DNA of 64,000 nt from Alphaproteobacteria bacterium (GCA_963665325.3 CAXXWS020000002.1:1-64000), one strand, 5' to 3'. Shown: positions 17,857 through 30,362, numbered from the stretch's first letter. The notes: generated by a model not told the origin, from the sequence alone. Numbers and translations are program-made.

Positions 17857-18939
17857 TTATCCGCTGGCGCCCGGTTCCCGGAACTGCTTGCCGAGGCGCA
17901 AGCCCTGCGCCTGGTAGGTGGAGCCGATGCCGCCGCCGTAAATCTTGTCCGGGGCCGCTAGCATCGGCTCGTAGAACAATCGCCCGACCGGCTGGCCGTC
18001 CTCGACCACGAAAGGAACATCGTGTGCGCGCACCTCCAGCACCGCCCGGCTGCCGGCGCCGTAGCCGAAGCCCGGATCGAAGAAGCCGGCATAGTGGACC
18101 CGGAACTCGCCGACACGCGTGTCGTAGGGGCGCATCTCGGCTGCATGGTCGGGCGGTATGGATACGGTCTCCTTGGAGGAGAGAATGTAGAAATCGTCGG
18201 GATTGAGCACGATGCCGCGGCCGGGGCGGACGGTGACCGGCTCCCAGAACTCCTCCGGGTCGTAATGGCCGATGCGCTCGACATCGATGAGGCCCGCATG
18301 GGCGCGCGCCTTCCAGGCGATGACCCCGCCCGTTCCCCGGGCGTCCACCGTGAGCACGAGCCCGTCGTCGATGACGGCTTCCCGGTCCACGAGCGCGTCG
18401 CGCGCATGCAGGTCGCGCAGCGCCGGATCGTCTGCGCCCTGCGCCCCCCGCCGCAGGCGCAGCTGCACAAGGCGCGCGCCTTCCCGGACCAGAATGGAGA
18501 AGGTGCGCGGCGCCAGTTCGACATAGAGCCCGCCCTTGTAGGCGGCCGGCAGCCGGTCGAATTCCGGCACGCGGTCGGCAATCAGGCGCGCGAAGACATC
18601 GAGCCGCCCGGTCGAACTCTTCGGATTGGCGATGGCGGCCGTGCCGGCATCGAGCGCCACCCGTTCCATGAGCTCCGCGATATAGACGCAGCCGCGTTCC
18701 AGCACCGCGCCCCGCGCCAGGTCGATTTCGTGCATGGCGTGCCGGTCGATGCGTTCTGCGACCGCGCCTTCCGGGCCGGGAAGGAAGCTCGCCCGGACCC
18801 GCCAGGCGCGGCTGCCCAGCCGGAGGTCGAGGCTCGCAGGCTGTATCTGGTCCTCTTCGACGGGCCGGTCGGCCGACAGCGCACCGGCCTCGACAGACTC
18901 CCGCAGGAGCTGCGACGGCAGGATGCCGGCGGGCTTCAC
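17857..18939 (-). CDS. dcd: 2'-deoxycytidine 5'-triphosphate deaminase (two-domain alphaproteobacterial type)
   Basis: '[12 protein letters not shown]', '[13 protein letters not shown]', '[16 protein letters not shown]', 'AVLEVR'. Confidence 0.92.
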   Translation of the reverse strand: MKPAGILPSQLLRESVEAGALSADRPVEEDQIQPASLDLRLGSRAWRVRASFLPGPEGAVAERIDRHAMHEIDLARGAVLERGCVYIAELMERVALDAGTAAIANPKSSTGRLDVFARLIADRVPEFDRLPAAYKGGLYVELAPRTFSILVREGARLVQLRLRRGAQGADDPALRDLHARDALVDREAVIDDGLVLTVDARGTGGVIAWKARAHAGLIDVERIGHYDPEEFWEPVTVRPGRGIVLNPDDFYILSSKETVSIPPDHAAEMRPYDTRVGEFRVHYAGFFDPGFGYGAGSRAVLEVRAHDVPFVVEDGQPVGRLFYEPMLAAPDKIYGGGIGSTYQAQGLRLGKQFREPGASG

Positions 18940-19439
18940 TCGAGGAACACGAGCGCGTTCGTGAAGCCGCGCAGCGAAATCGGGAGCGCCACCTGCCTGC
19001 CGTCCACCATGGTGAAGGACAGCACACCGCTCAGATGCTGCCTGAACGCCGTAAGCATCACCTCGTCCATGCGCATGTTCGCCTCGCAGCCGGCCTTGAC
19101 GCAAAACAGCAGCGGCGGCCGCCGGACGGCCTTCTCGTCGCCCTCTACCCAGACCGTGATACCTGCGGGCAGATTGACCCCGAGCGGCACCGTCAGCGAT
19201 GCCAGCAGAGGCTTGTCGGGTCCCGGACGCCCGACCGCGACCGTAGCTGCAGCCTGCTCGGAGCCCTCCGGGAACAGTCGCTGGAAGATGAAGCACTGCT
19301 CCGCCGCGTTCTGCGCGTTCCCGGACGCGGTAATGCAGCCCTTGGTCCAGTCGCCCGATTTTTCGCCCTGGACGACCTGGGCAGCGGCCGGCTGTGCAGC
19401 TACGGCCAGGAGGATCGCGAACAGGGATCTGAGGAACAT
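18936..19439 (-). CDS. Invasion-associated locus B (IalB) family periplasmic protein
   Basis: Signal peptide; 'GDW...C...C.IFQ', 'VPLGV.LPAG', 'C...GC.A', 'ISLRGFT.AL'. Confidence 0.85.
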   Translation of the reverse strand: MFLRSLFAILLAVAAQPAAAQVVQGEKSGDWTKGCITASGNAQNAAEQCFIFQRLFPEGSEQAAATVAVGRPGPDKPLLASLTVPLGVNLPAGITVWVEGDEKAVRRPPLLFCVKAGCEANMRMDEVMLTAFRQHLSGVLSFTMVDGRQVALPISLRGFTNALVFLE

Positions 19440-19592
19440 GGCAGGGACTCTGGAGGGGCAGGCCGGACGGGGGCGGTTGTTTAGCATTGCGGGGACGGGT
19501 TTGGCGAGAGCCCGCCCCGGCGCAATCGTTGCCGTGCTGATGGAGAATGGGTATAGCAGCGAGCGATGCGAGAGGCGGAGAGGGGCGGCGCC

Positions 19593-20762
19593 ATGCAGTT
19601 CGGGTGGAGCGAGCAACACGACCAGATGCGTGAGGCGGTGGAACGCCTTTGCGCCGGATTCGACCTCGATTACTGGCGCGAGCGCGATGGGGAGGGAGAG
19701 TTCCCGCACGATTTCCACCGCGCCATGGCGGAAGGCGGGTGGCTCGGCATCGCCATGCCGGAGGAGTTTGGCGGCTCGGGACTCGGCATTGTCGAGGCGA
19801 CGATCCTGATGCAGGCGGTGGCCCAGTCCGGCGCAGGCATGAGCGGCTGCTCCGCGATCCACCTCAACATTTTCGGCCCCCATCCGATCGTCAAGCACGG
19901 CACGGACGAGCAGCGTCGGCGCATGCTGCCGGAGCTGGTCGCCGGCGAGAAGAAGGCCTGTTTCGCCGTCACCGAGCCGGACTCGGGCCTGAACACTTCC
20001 AGCCTCAAGACGCGGGCCGAGCCGGACGGCAAGGGCGGCTATGTCGTCCACGGGCAGAAGCTCTGGACCTCGACGGCGCAGGTGGCCGACAAGATGCTGC
20101 TGATCGCCCGCACCACGCCGCAGGAGCAATGCCGGCGCGCCTTCGACGGCCTGACGCTCTTCTACACGGATTTTGACCGGCGCCATCTCACGCCGACGGA
20201 GATACCGAAAATGGGCCGCTCGGCGGTCGATTCGAATTCGGTGTTCTTCGACGGCCTGCCGGTGCCGGCGGAGGACCGCATCGGCGAGGAGGGCAAGGGC
20301 TTCCATTACCTGCTCGACGGCCTCAATCCCGAGCGCATCCTCGTCGCCGCCGAGGCGGTCGGCATCGGGCGCTGCGCCTTGAAGCGGGCGGCGGACTATG
20401 CGCGCGAACGCCAGGTCTTCAACCGCCCCATCGGGCAGAACCAGTCGATCCAGCACCCGCTGGCGGAAAGCTGGGCGAAGCTCGAGGCGGCGGAACTGCT
20501 GGTCTACAAGGCCGCCTGGATGTACGACCGGGGCGAAGCCTGCGGGCCGCAGGCCAATGCCGCGAAATACCTGGCGGCGGAGGTGGGCCATGAGGCCTGC
20601 GAGCGGGCCATCCTGACCCATGGCGGCATGGGCTATGCCAAGGAATACCATGTGGAGCGCTGGCTCCGGGAGATCTGGATCGCCCGGATTGCGCCCGTCA
20701 GCTGGCAGCTGGCGCTCTCCTTCATCGCCGAGAAGGAACTCGATCTGCCGAAGAGCTACTGA
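19593..20762 (+). CDS. Acyl-CoA dehydrogenase
   Basis: 'FAVTEPDSG', 'GQKLWTSTAQ', 'RIGEEGKGF', 'LNPERI', 'THGGMGYAKEYHVER'. Confidence 0.95.
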   Translation: MQFGWSEQHDQMREAVERLCAGFDLDYWRERDGEGEFPHDFHRAMAEGGWLGIAMPEEFGGSGLGIVEATILMQAVAQSGAGMSGCSAIHLNIFGPHPIVKHGTDEQRRRMLPELVAGEKKACFAVTEPDSGLNTSSLKTRAEPDGKGGYVVHGQKLWTSTAQVADKMLLIARTTPQEQCRRAFDGLTLFYTDFDRRHLTPTEIPKMGRSAVDSNSVFFDGLPVPAEDRIGEEGKGFHYLLDGLNPERILVAAEAVGIGRCALKRAADYARERQVFNRPIGQNQSIQHPLAESWAKLEAAELLVYKAAWMYDRGEACGPQANAAKYLAAEVGHEACERAILTHGGMGYAKEYHVERWLREIWIARIAPVSWQLALSFIAEKELDLPKSY

Positions 20763-20769
20763 GGCGGCC
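20622..20769 (+). repeat. 148-bp direct repeat, copy 1 (functional 3' end of the acyl-CoA dehydrogenase)
   Basis: Matches 25666-25813 with 6 substitutions by manual codon alignment. Confidence 0.95.
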
Positions 20770-20885
20770 TGTCCGTGCCGCGTCGGCCGGTGCCGGGTTG
20801 TTGAAGGCGCTCTGGGGTGGGGCCGGGTCCGGTCGGGCCGCTCTCCCCGGAGTCGCTGTCCTCTGCAACGGGCGCGGCCTGTGGC

Positions 20886-23800
20886 CTAGAACCTGGCGTC
20901 GATCCGGAACCGGATCCGGTGTTCCGGCGCGATGTCGTCGTTGGCGGGCTCGCGCCGCTGCGCTTCGACGGACAGTGCGAACGACCCGCCTCCGAAACCG
21001 ACGCCGCGCACCAGGCGCCAGCCGAGGCTGTAGTCGCGCCCGGTATTGGACAGCCCCAGAGCAATCTCCGGAAGCGACGTGAAGCGGTCGCCGAGGGCCG
21101 CAAAGCCGTAGCCGTACCGGGCCTCCAGCCGCCGCCGGTCATCGCCGTCGTCGTTGGCGGCAAGCCCGGCGAGGGTGTCGCGCGACAGCAGCGCATTCAT
21201 CCCGCCGCTCGCCGATCCGCCCAGCAACTGGGTGAGCGAAGCTTGCGGTCCGCGGTCGGCCGCCGGCTGTGGATGCCAGGAGAGCGAACCGGAGAGGCCG
21301 CGTTCCCGGAACCCGTCCGCCTCGTGCGTCAACAGCCCGCGTCCACGCAACTCAGCGGCAATGCCGCGGGCCGTATCCGACCAGGCGAGACCGCCGCCGA
21401 TGTCCATGCCGAAGCCGGTCTCGGCGTCGCCGCCGTCATGGCGCAGGCCGATCTCGACGGACGGGGTCAGGGTTGCGCCGTCGCCGAGGCTCATGGGCCG
21501 AGACCCCTCCATGCCGAGACGCAGCCGGGTTACCGTGGCCCGGGCTGCGGCCACGTTGCCGCCGTCCGGTCCGCGGGCCGCGTCGGACGCGGTCTGCACG
21601 ATCATCGCGTCGGTCTTGGCGGTCAGGGTGAGGCCGTCCTGGGTGCCATCCAGCAGGTTTCCGCGCAGCCCGGCCGCCGCCATGCGCAGGTCCAGATCGC
21701 CGCGGATCGTGGCGCCATCCTCATCCGTTCCAGGCTTCTTCGGGGTCACCGAGAGCCCGCCCGCGCCATAGCCGGCGGCGCCCCATGCCTCCACTCGTTC
21801 GGAGAGCGCAAGCCGCCCCCAGGGATAGAAGCCGGTGAGCGTGGACTCGACCCGGCCCTCGCTGTTGCCGGCATAGCGGCCCTCGCCGACGCTGCGCGAG
21901 ACGATCAGCCCGACGGTCCAGTCCTCGCGGGCCCAATCGGCGCCCACCATGGCGCTCGCGACCTCGCCGTTGAGCGTGAGGTTGCCCTCGCGGCCGTCGA
22001 AGCGGGTAACGGCGCCGCGCCCCCAGAGGGTGGCATACCCGTGCTGCCCGGTTTCCGCGGTGATTGCGAAGGAGGTGCCGCTCAGCAGTTCGCCCTGCGT
22101 CACGCCACGCGACGCCCGGGAACCGAAGCCGGTGCGCTCTTGCCAAGCCGAATCGCGTTGTGCGCGTGAAGCTTGCTGCGGTGCTTGGCCGCCGAACCGT
22201 TGGCCGGCGAGCGTCATCTCGATGCCGGGCTGCCGCGCTGCCCGCATCCGGCTCTCCACCGCGTCCAGCACCTGGTCGGCCACCGTGCGGCCGAAGCGCG
22301 CCAGCCACGCTCTCGGGACAGGCCCGTCATTCTTGATAACGCCGAGCGCCGAGGCCCTGTCGATGCGCGCGCCCTGTGCGTTCGACAGAATGAGCCGCAT
22401 GGTCTCGTGTCCCTCGTCATGGTCGTCGGCAAGCACGTCGACCTCGACGGTCTTCAGGGTCTCACCGGGCTGGAAGGTCAGGGTGCCGTCGGTCGCCACG
22501 TAGTCCTCCCCGGCGGTCGCATTGTGCTCGTTGGCCGGGTCGTCCCCGGTCCGGTATTCCACCGTCACCGGACTGTCGGAGCGCGGCGACAGGCTGACCC
22601 GGAAGACAAGCTTCGCGTCCGGAGCCTCGGTCGTCGAAGTCTCGTGAACCCGGAGTCCCGCCTGGGCCAACGCCTGCCCCGTGTCGACCACCGGCACCGT
22701 CACCTCCAGCGGCTCTTCGGCCAGGTACCAGGCCCGAATTCTGTGTCCCGTGTGCCGGTGGATGCCTGCGTCGGCTATGACCAGTTGCAGCGTCAGCGTG
22801 CGCGACGAGTCGGCCACGCCGTCGCCAAGCGGTGTCACGGTGCGTGTCGAGGTCCGCACGCCGGGCTCGCCTGGCTCCCCGTCATGGAAATCGACCTGTT
22901 TGGCGCCAGGACCGTTCAGCGCGGGCGAGTACAGCTGAGGGATGTGCGGTAGCGCGCTGTCGGTCACGCCGACGATGGCCACCGCCGGCTCGTCGTAGCC
23001 GCCGTCGCGGATTACGCGAATCTCGAAGGGCTCGCCCTCGCGCGCGGAGCCGGACACCTCGAGCCGCATGGCGAAGAGCCCGCCACGTACACGGTGTTCG
23101 GCGAAGTGCCGCGCCGGCAGGGTCTGTGGCAGGAAGCTATTGCCCTGGCTGTCGTGGATTGTGCCGCCGTTGAGGTCGAGGGAGACGAAATCCAGCCCGT
23201 CGGGGTCGTTGTCGCCCTTGGCGACGGTCCAGGTGAAGGCAAGCTGCCGCGTGCCCGAACCGCCGGTGTAGCGCGCCCGGTGCCCGCGGTCGTAGATGTC
23301 GAGCACCAGTTCGGGCGACCCGGTGACGGTGACCTCGGTGTCGAGGGTCAGCGTGAAGGTGAGCGCGGCGCCCCGGCCGTGGACTGCACCGTCCGGCAGC
23401 GCCAGGAAGTCGTCCATCCGGTAAAAGGGACCGTGGTCGGCGTTCGCATCAGGCGGCACAGGCGAGATTGCGATCCGCTCCACCGCCGGACCGTCGTTGG
23501 CGGCGATCGTCACCGGCAAGGCGCAGACATCGTCCGCGCACGCGCTGCCGTCGGCATTGCGCGGCCGGATTCTCTGCGGCGCAAAATCAGAATCGCGCCC
23601 GAGCCGCAACTCGACGGTCTCGTCGGCTTCCGTCACGTCGTCGTCGACGATCGTTAGCGAGACATCTTTGCGCGCCTCCCAAACGCTGCCCGTGGCGGTG
23701 AAGTCGTCGGGGCTGAAGACGACATCGGTCTCCAGTTCTTCGTAGTCGTCGCCAACAGTCGCCGTGCTCGATGTGGGGTCTGAAAAGACCAGTATCGGGA

Positions 23801-25166
23801 ACGTGTCGCCGGGCGGGGGCACGCCGGGCGCGGTGCGCGCGACAACCGCGATGGTTGCCTCGCCGACCCCCTCGGCGAAGCGGTAGGCGGCCCGCTCCGC
23901 CCGCACCGTGACTGCCGGGTCCGCCACGACCATCCGGACCGTTGCCGACCCAGGCGTGCCGACCGCGTATCCATCCCCTGCCTCGATGGTCGCGGTCAGA
24001 TCGCCGGACTGCGTTGCGTCGCCGTCAAAGAGCGACCGGGAAAGCTTGACGTCCGTGCTCGTCTCGTTTGCTGCAATGGTGAAGCTCGTCAGGGAAACGC
24101 TACTCACGAAATTCTCGTCCTGCGTCAGGGTCACGCTGCCGGATATCTCCGATTCGCTCGTCCCCGTTCGAGTCACGGTGAAGGCGACATTGTCGACCTG
24201 GTATCCGTAAGTGCTGCTTCCCGCCGCGATGGTAAGCGTCGGTTCTTCGCTCTGGGTCATGATTATCGGCACCATGCAGATATCCTCCGTGCAGGGGCCG
24301 CCGTCGGCATTGCGCGGGCGGATCCGCTCCGGCGTCGAGGCCGCGCGCTGGAACCTCACTTCCAGGCCCTCGTCGGTTTCGGCCGTCGAAAAGGAGACCG
24401 TCCTGCTCGCTTCCCATTTTCCGTCCGTGGAAACGAAGCTGCGCGGCTCGAATTCGATTGTTTGCGATACGCCCCTGACCCTGGCGCGCGCCGCCGTCTC
24501 GTCCGACTTCGCCTGCGAGGAAACCGCTATCGAGAACGCCTTGCCGGGTCGGGGCAGGCCGGCCGCGGTGCGGGCCACGAAGGTCACGCGCACCGCCCCG
24601 TCGTCGGGTTCGACGGTGTAGGATGCGTGCTCCGGCCGGACCGTGATCGCCGGATCCATCACCACCATGCGGGTTCGCGCGCTGTCCGGGTGCCCCACCG
24701 TGTAGCCGAACGCGGCGGCCAGCGTCGCGCTCAGCATGCCCGATTGCGTCGCCGGACCGTTGAACTGCCGCGCCGGGATGCGGAGCTCCGCATCCCTCTT
24801 GCCCGCCCGGAACCGCACGACCGCGCTGAGCCGGTCGGTCGGCAGGTAAAGGCGGGCCTGGGCGAGCGAAACCCGAACCGAGACCGCGTCGTCCGCCGGA
24901 CCCGCGCGTCTTAGCGTGAAGACGACATCGTCGATCCCGAAGCCGTAAGAGCCGTGCTCCGCGGCGATGCTCACACTCGGTCGGTCGAGTCCGGGGAACG
25001 CGCGGACCGGCGCGCCGGCGCCGAGGAGCATCGCCGCCGCAATCAGGGCCGGGACGGTGCGTCGCAGAGCGACGACCGGAGGATTGAAGACCGGGCGGCG
25101 GCGGCGGCTTCGTGTTCCGGGGGCGACAGTCCGCGCCGCTGCGGCAACGATGCGAGCGTCGGTCAC
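20886..25166 (-). CDS. Large autotransporter / adhesin with duplicated beta-rich passenger modules, a Calx-beta domain and a C-terminal beta-barrel
   Basis: Signal-like 'PALIAAAMLLGAGAPVRA'; Calx-beta 'VTVEY.T...ATAGEDYVATDGTLTFQPGETLKTVEV.VLAD..DEG.ET..L.LSN'; linker 'AWLARFGRTVADQV'; terminal Phe. Start codon uncertain (frame open to 25439). Confidence 0.85.
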   Translation of the reverse strand: MTDARIVAAAARTVAPGTRSRRRRPVFNPPVVALRRTVPALIAAAMLLGAGAPVRAFPGLDRPSVSIAAEHGSYGFGIDDVVFTLRRAGPADDAVSVRVSLAQARLYLPTDRLSAVVRFRAGKRDAELRIPARQFNGPATQSGMLSATLAAAFGYTVGHPDSARTRMVVMDPAITVRPEHASYTVEPDDGAVRVTFVARTAAGLPRPGKAFSIAVSSQAKSDETAARARVRGVSQTIEFEPRSFVSTDGKWEASRTVSFSTAETDEGLEVRFQRAASTPERIRPRNADGGPCTEDICMVPIIMTQSEEPTLTIAAGSSTYGYQVDNVAFTVTRTGTSESEISGSVTLTQDENFVSSVSLTSFTIAANETSTDVKLSRSLFDGDATQSGDLTATIEAGDGYAVGTPGSATVRMVVADPAVTVRAERAAYRFAEGVGEATIAVVARTAPGVPPPGDTFPILVFSDPTSSTATVGDDYEELETDVVFSPDDFTATGSVWEARKDVSLTIVDDDVTEADETVELRLGRDSDFAPQRIRPRNADGSACADDVCALPVTIAANDGPAVERIAISPVPPDANADHGPFYRMDDFLALPDGAVHGRGAALTFTLTLDTEVTVTGSPELVLDIYDRGHRARYTGGSGTRQLAFTWTVAKGDNDPDGLDFVSLDLNGGTIHDSQGNSFLPQTLPARHFAEHRVRGGLFAMRLEVSGSAREGEPFEIRVIRDGGYDEPAVAIVGVTDSALPHIPQLYSPALNGPGAKQVDFHDGEPGEPGVRTSTRTVTPLGDGVADSSRTLTLQLVIADAGIHRHTGHRIRAWYLAEEPLEVTVPVVDTGQALAQAGLRVHETSTTEAPDAKLVFRVSLSPRSDSPVTVEYRTGDDPANEHNATAGEDYVATDGTLTFQPGETLKTVEVDVLADDHDEGHETMRLILSNAQGARIDRASALGVIKNDGPVPRAWLARFGRTVADQVLDAVESRMRAARQPGIEMTLAGQRFGGQAPQQASRAQRDSAWQERTGFGSRASRGVTQGELLSGTSFAITAETGQHGYATLWGRGAVTRFDGREGNLTLNGEVASAMVGADWAREDWTVGLIVSRSVGEGRYAGNSEGRVESTLTGFYPWGRLALSERVEAWGAAGYGAGGLSVTPKKPGTDEDGATIRGDLDLRMAAAGLRGNLLDGTQDGLTLTAKTDAMIVQTASDAARGPDGGNVAAARATVTRLRLGMEGSRPMSLGDGATLTPSVEIGLRHDGGDAETGFGMDIGGGLAWSDTARGIAAELRGRGLLTHEADGFRERGLSGSLSWHPQPAADRGPQASLTQLLGGSASGGMNALLSRDTLAGLAANDDGDDRRRLEARYGYGFAALGDRFTSLPEIALGLSNTGRDYSLGWRLVRGVGFGGGSFALSVEAQRREPANDDIAPEHRIRFRIDARF

Positions 25167-25570
25167 GAGTTGGTTCCACCGAAAACGAAAACGCCGCGCA
25201 CGGAAGGCCGTGCGCGGCGCTGAGGTGGGATCGGGCGCCTCCTGCCCAAAGCGGGTGTCGGGCTCCGGCAGCGGAGCGCGACGGCCTCGCCGCGCCCAGG
25301 GCGGCGGGCCCGAAGCTTCGGGGCGCGGAGGGAGTGCGGGCACGTTGCAGCCGGAGGAGCGCCCGGTCCACGAGCGCTGGAGGATTGTTGCGACGAACTT
25401 CGGCAGGGTCATTACCCGGCTCCACTGCATGGTGCTCACAAGTCCGCATCGAAAACGAATGCGCTGACCTGTCAGGTGGGAGCGGGCGAGTTGCGAACAA
25501 CGATGATATTTCTATGGCGAAACAAGGAATCACTTATAGGTGTTGCGCGTCGGGCGGCTGCCGGATCATG

Positions 25571-25593
25571 GATATATACGCGCGGCATATATC
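25571..25593. promoter_or_regulatory. AT-rich inverted repeat upstream of the autotransporter (possible operator)
   Basis: GATATAT-N9-ATATATC in a low-GC segment. Confidence 0.3.
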
Positions 25594-25665
25594 TTGCCCG
25601 AAAAGACATATCAGAGTGCTTCGCCCGGTGCGTTTGGGACCGACCCGATCCAAGGTTGCTTGGCG

Positions 25666-25813
25666 GGCGGCATGGGTTATGCCAAGGAATACCATGCGGA
25701 GCGCTGGCTCCGGGAGATCTGGATCGCACGGATCGCGCCCGTCAGCTGGCAGCTGGCGCTTTCCTTCATCGCCGAGAAGGAACTCGACCTGCCGAAGAGC
25801 TACTGAGGCGGCC
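25666..25813 (+). pseudogene. 148-bp direct repeat, copy 2: orphan 3' fragment of the acyl-CoA dehydrogenase
   Basis: Encodes GGMGYAKEYHAERWLRE...LPKSY* with no upstream ACAD sequence. Confidence 0.9.
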
Positions 25814-25867
25814 CCGCCGCGCCCCGCGCAAACGCTCCGGCACCCTCATGGCGCCGGGCGGGTCCGG

Positions 25868-27805
<1,938 letters not shown>

Positions 27806-27835
27806 GCTCTCGTCCGTCCCCGATTATTGCTTCTT

Positions 27836-29629
27836 CTACATTCCGCCCTGGGCGCGCGACCTTCGGGCCTCCATCACCAGCGCCGGCATGCGTTCCAGCG
27901 AGCCGTCGGCATCGGTTTCGGCGGTTTCCGCCACCTCGCGTTCTATGGCCGCCGACCTATATGCCGCGAAGACCTGTTCCATCCCCTTGCGCGCCTCCTC
28001 TGCCGGCGCGTTCGGGCGGGCAAAAGGTGCAAGACTGTAAACAGCCTCGCACAGCACGCTGCCGACTGCGTCGGTAAGGCCGACCGATTGGAAATGGGTT
28101 CGCCAGACGCCCGCGTCAATCCCCTCCCCGTCGGCAGCAAGCCTTAGAATCTCTTGCCGAAGCCTGTCAAGCGACGCGGCGCATTCCAGCTCGGCGATTT
28201 CGTGGGCGAACTCGACTGCGAGCTCGGGATGGTTGGCCGCCGCCGCCAGCACGCCTTGAACCTGCCGCTCGCGCAATCCGGCAATCCGCGCCTCGCCCCG
28301 TTCCCGACCGCCGCCGGGCAAGGAAGGAGCTGGGCGGCGTGCAATTGTTGCCGGCCGCAGGTTGACGCCGAAGCGTTCGCGCAGGCGGGACAGGAGTTCG
28401 GCTTCGTAGTAGCGCCGCACGGTATCGTCCCGGATACCCGAAACCAGCGCCAGCAGGTTGCCGGTGAACCGGGCGCGGCGGTCGGGCGAGTCGGGGCGCA
28501 CTGCCTCGACCTCGCTCGACCAGAGGAGATCCACCGGCGTCTGCGCCCGCTCCACCACGGCGCGGAGCGCGGCCGCGCCGTCCTCGCGGACCAGGTCGTC
28601 GGGGTCGCGATCGTCCGGCAGGCGCGCGAAGCGCAACGACTTTCCGGGCGCCAGAAGCGGCAATGCGCGTTCTGCCGCGCGCCGGGCGGCACGCTGGCCC
28701 GCCTCGTCGCCGTCGAAACACAGCACCGGCTCATCGACGATTCGCCAGAGCGCCCTCAGCTGGTTCTCCCCGAAGGCGGTGCCGAGCGATGCCACGGTGT
28801 GCGCGAACCCCGCCTGGGAGAGGGCGATCGCGTCCATATAGCCTTCGACGACCACGATCTCCTTCGCCCGCCAGGCGGCGTCTCGCGCCTGGGCGAGGCC
28901 ATAGAGCACCTCGCCCTTCCGGAACAGCGGGGTCTCGGGCGTGTTGAGGTATTTCGGCTGCGCATCTCCGAGCGCGCGCCCGCCGAACGCTATCGGAAGC
29001 CCCCGCCGGTCGGTGATCGGGAACACGATGCGGTTGCGCAGCGAGGCGACCGGCGTTTCCGCGTTTTCGCGGAGGCGCAGCATCCCGGCCTCCACCAGGG
29101 TTTCGGCCTCGAAGCCGCCGCGCTTCAGCGCATGCACCAGCGCCGACGAATCGGCGGATGCATAGCCCAACCGGAAGCGGGCGATGGTGGCGTCGTCGAG
29201 CCCGCGGCCGCGCAGATAGTCCATCGCCTGCCTGCCTGCGGGCAGGCGCAATTGGCGCTCATAGAGCGCCGCCGCCGCCTCTACAGCCTCCAGCAGGCCA
29301 CGTCGCCGGCGGGCCTGCGCCGCCGCCTCGGGGTTCTCGCGCGGCACTTCCAGCCCGGCCGCCTGGGCGAGCTTCTCGACGGCTTCCGGAAAGGAAAGTC
29401 CTTCCAGGCGCATCAGGAAGCCGATGACATCGCCGTGCTCGCCGCTGGAAAAGCAATGGAAAAAGCCCTTGTCCGGCACGACAGTAAAGGACGGCGTGCG
29501 TTCCTGCTTGAAGGGCGAGAGGCCGACATATTCCCGTCCGCGCCGCTGCAATTTCACGTGGCGCGAGACGACATCCACCAGGGAAACGCGTTCGCGAAGT
29601 TGTTCGAGGAAATCGGGAGGGAAAGCCAT
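27836..29629 (-). CDS. dnaG: DNA primase
   Basis: 'GLSPFKQERTPSF', 'KYLNTPET', 'VVEGYMD', 'FDGDEAG', 'DPDDL'. Confidence 0.97.
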   Translation of the reverse strand: MAFPPDFLEQLRERVSLVDVVSRHVKLQRRGREYVGLSPFKQERTPSFTVVPDKGFFHCFSSGEHGDVIGFLMRLEGLSFPEAVEKLAQAAGLEVPRENPEAAAQARRRRGLLEAVEAAAALYERQLRLPAGRQAMDYLRGRGLDDATIARFRLGYASADSSALVHALKRGGFEAETLVEAGMLRLRENAETPVASLRNRIVFPITDRRGLPIAFGGRALGDAQPKYLNTPETPLFRKGEVLYGLAQARDAAWRAKEIVVVEGYMDAIALSQAGFAHTVASLGTAFGENQLRALWRIVDEPVLCFDGDEAGQRAARRAAERALPLLAPGKSLRFARLPDDRDPDDLVREDGAAALRAVVERAQTPVDLLWSSEVEAVRPDSPDRRARFTGNLLALVSGIRDDTVRRYYEAELLSRLRERFGVNLRPATIARRPAPSLPGGGRERGEARIAGLRERQVQGVLAAAANHPELAVEFAHEIAELECAASLDRLRQEILRLAADGEGIDAGVWRTHFQSVGLTDAVGSVLCEAVYSLAPFARPNAPAEEARKGMEQVFAAYRSAAIEREVAETAETDADGSLERMPALVMEARRSRAQGGM

Positions 29630-29649
29630 CCGGGGCGCCGGGCCTGCCG

Positions 29650-30105
29650 TCAGGCCGCCAGCGCGGCCTTGACCGTCCGGCTGATCTCACCGAAGTCCAT
29701 CTGGCCGGCATAACGCCGTTTGAGTTCGGCCATGACGCGGCCCATATCGCGCATGCCCGACGCGCCGAGGTCGCCCACCACGGCGTTCACGGCCGCAATC
29801 TGCGCATCGGGATCGAGCTTGGCCGGAAGAAAGCGCTGGATCACGGCGATCTCGCGGCATTCTTCGTCCACCGAGTCGAGCCGCCCGGCTTCTTCGTAAT
29901 AGCGGGCGGACTCCTCCCGCTGACGGATCATCTTGTCGAGCAGTTCGCGAATTTCCGCATCGCCGATACCGTCGGCATTGCCCTGTCCGCGCGCCGCGAT
30001 ATCGCGGTCCTTGATCGCGGCCAGAATCAACCTGACCGTGCGCAAGGTCATGACATCCTTGGCACGCATCGATTCCTTCAACGCCTCATTAAGTTGCACC
30101 CGCAT
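29650..30105 (-). CDS. GatB/YqeY domain protein
   Basis: 'LKESMRAKD...RLILAAIKD', 'KMIRQREES..Y..AGR', 'DMGRVM'. Confidence 0.92.
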   Translation of the reverse strand: MRVQLNEALKESMRAKDVMTLRTVRLILAAIKDRDIAARGQGNADGIGDAEIRELLDKMIRQREESARYYEEAGRLDSVDEECREIAVIQRFLPAKLDPDAQIAAVNAVVGDLGASGMRDMGRVMAELKRRYAGQMDFGEISRTVKAALAA

Positions 30106-30362
30106 GGAAGTCTCCCGCTCTTCCAGGTCGCGGCCGATACCCCGCCGCGAGTTCTGACAGGTTCACGACAAAACGCCGCATACACAGCGTAACGTCTTGA
30201 TTTTGCGTTTTTCTCCTTGTGGTGCATACCTTGACACAGGCTGCCCGCCCGCTTATCCCCTCGGCGGTTGGAACATGCCCCGGACAATCGAAATTATGTA
30301 TTCCCGACTTCTGTCGTCAAGGGTTTCCGACTGCTGCCCGGCGCAGACGGGCAAGTAATCCA

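Noticed and set aside
15842-19027. 1061-aa ORF suggesting an N-terminally extended or fused Acs
   Set aside because: The extension is R/A/P-rich off-frame sequence overlapping dcd; real Acs homology starts at 17788.
25540-25806. 88-aa ORF as a real small protein
   Set aside because: Its C-terminal half is the duplicated ACAD end; the N-terminal half is AT-rich promoter-like DNA with a TTG start.
20622-25813. 148-bp near-identical pair as a DGR template/variable repeat
   Set aside because: The differences (C/T, T/C, C/A, T/C, C/T, T/C) are not confined to adenines of one copy on either strand and are mostly synonymous. No reverse transcriptase is present in the window.
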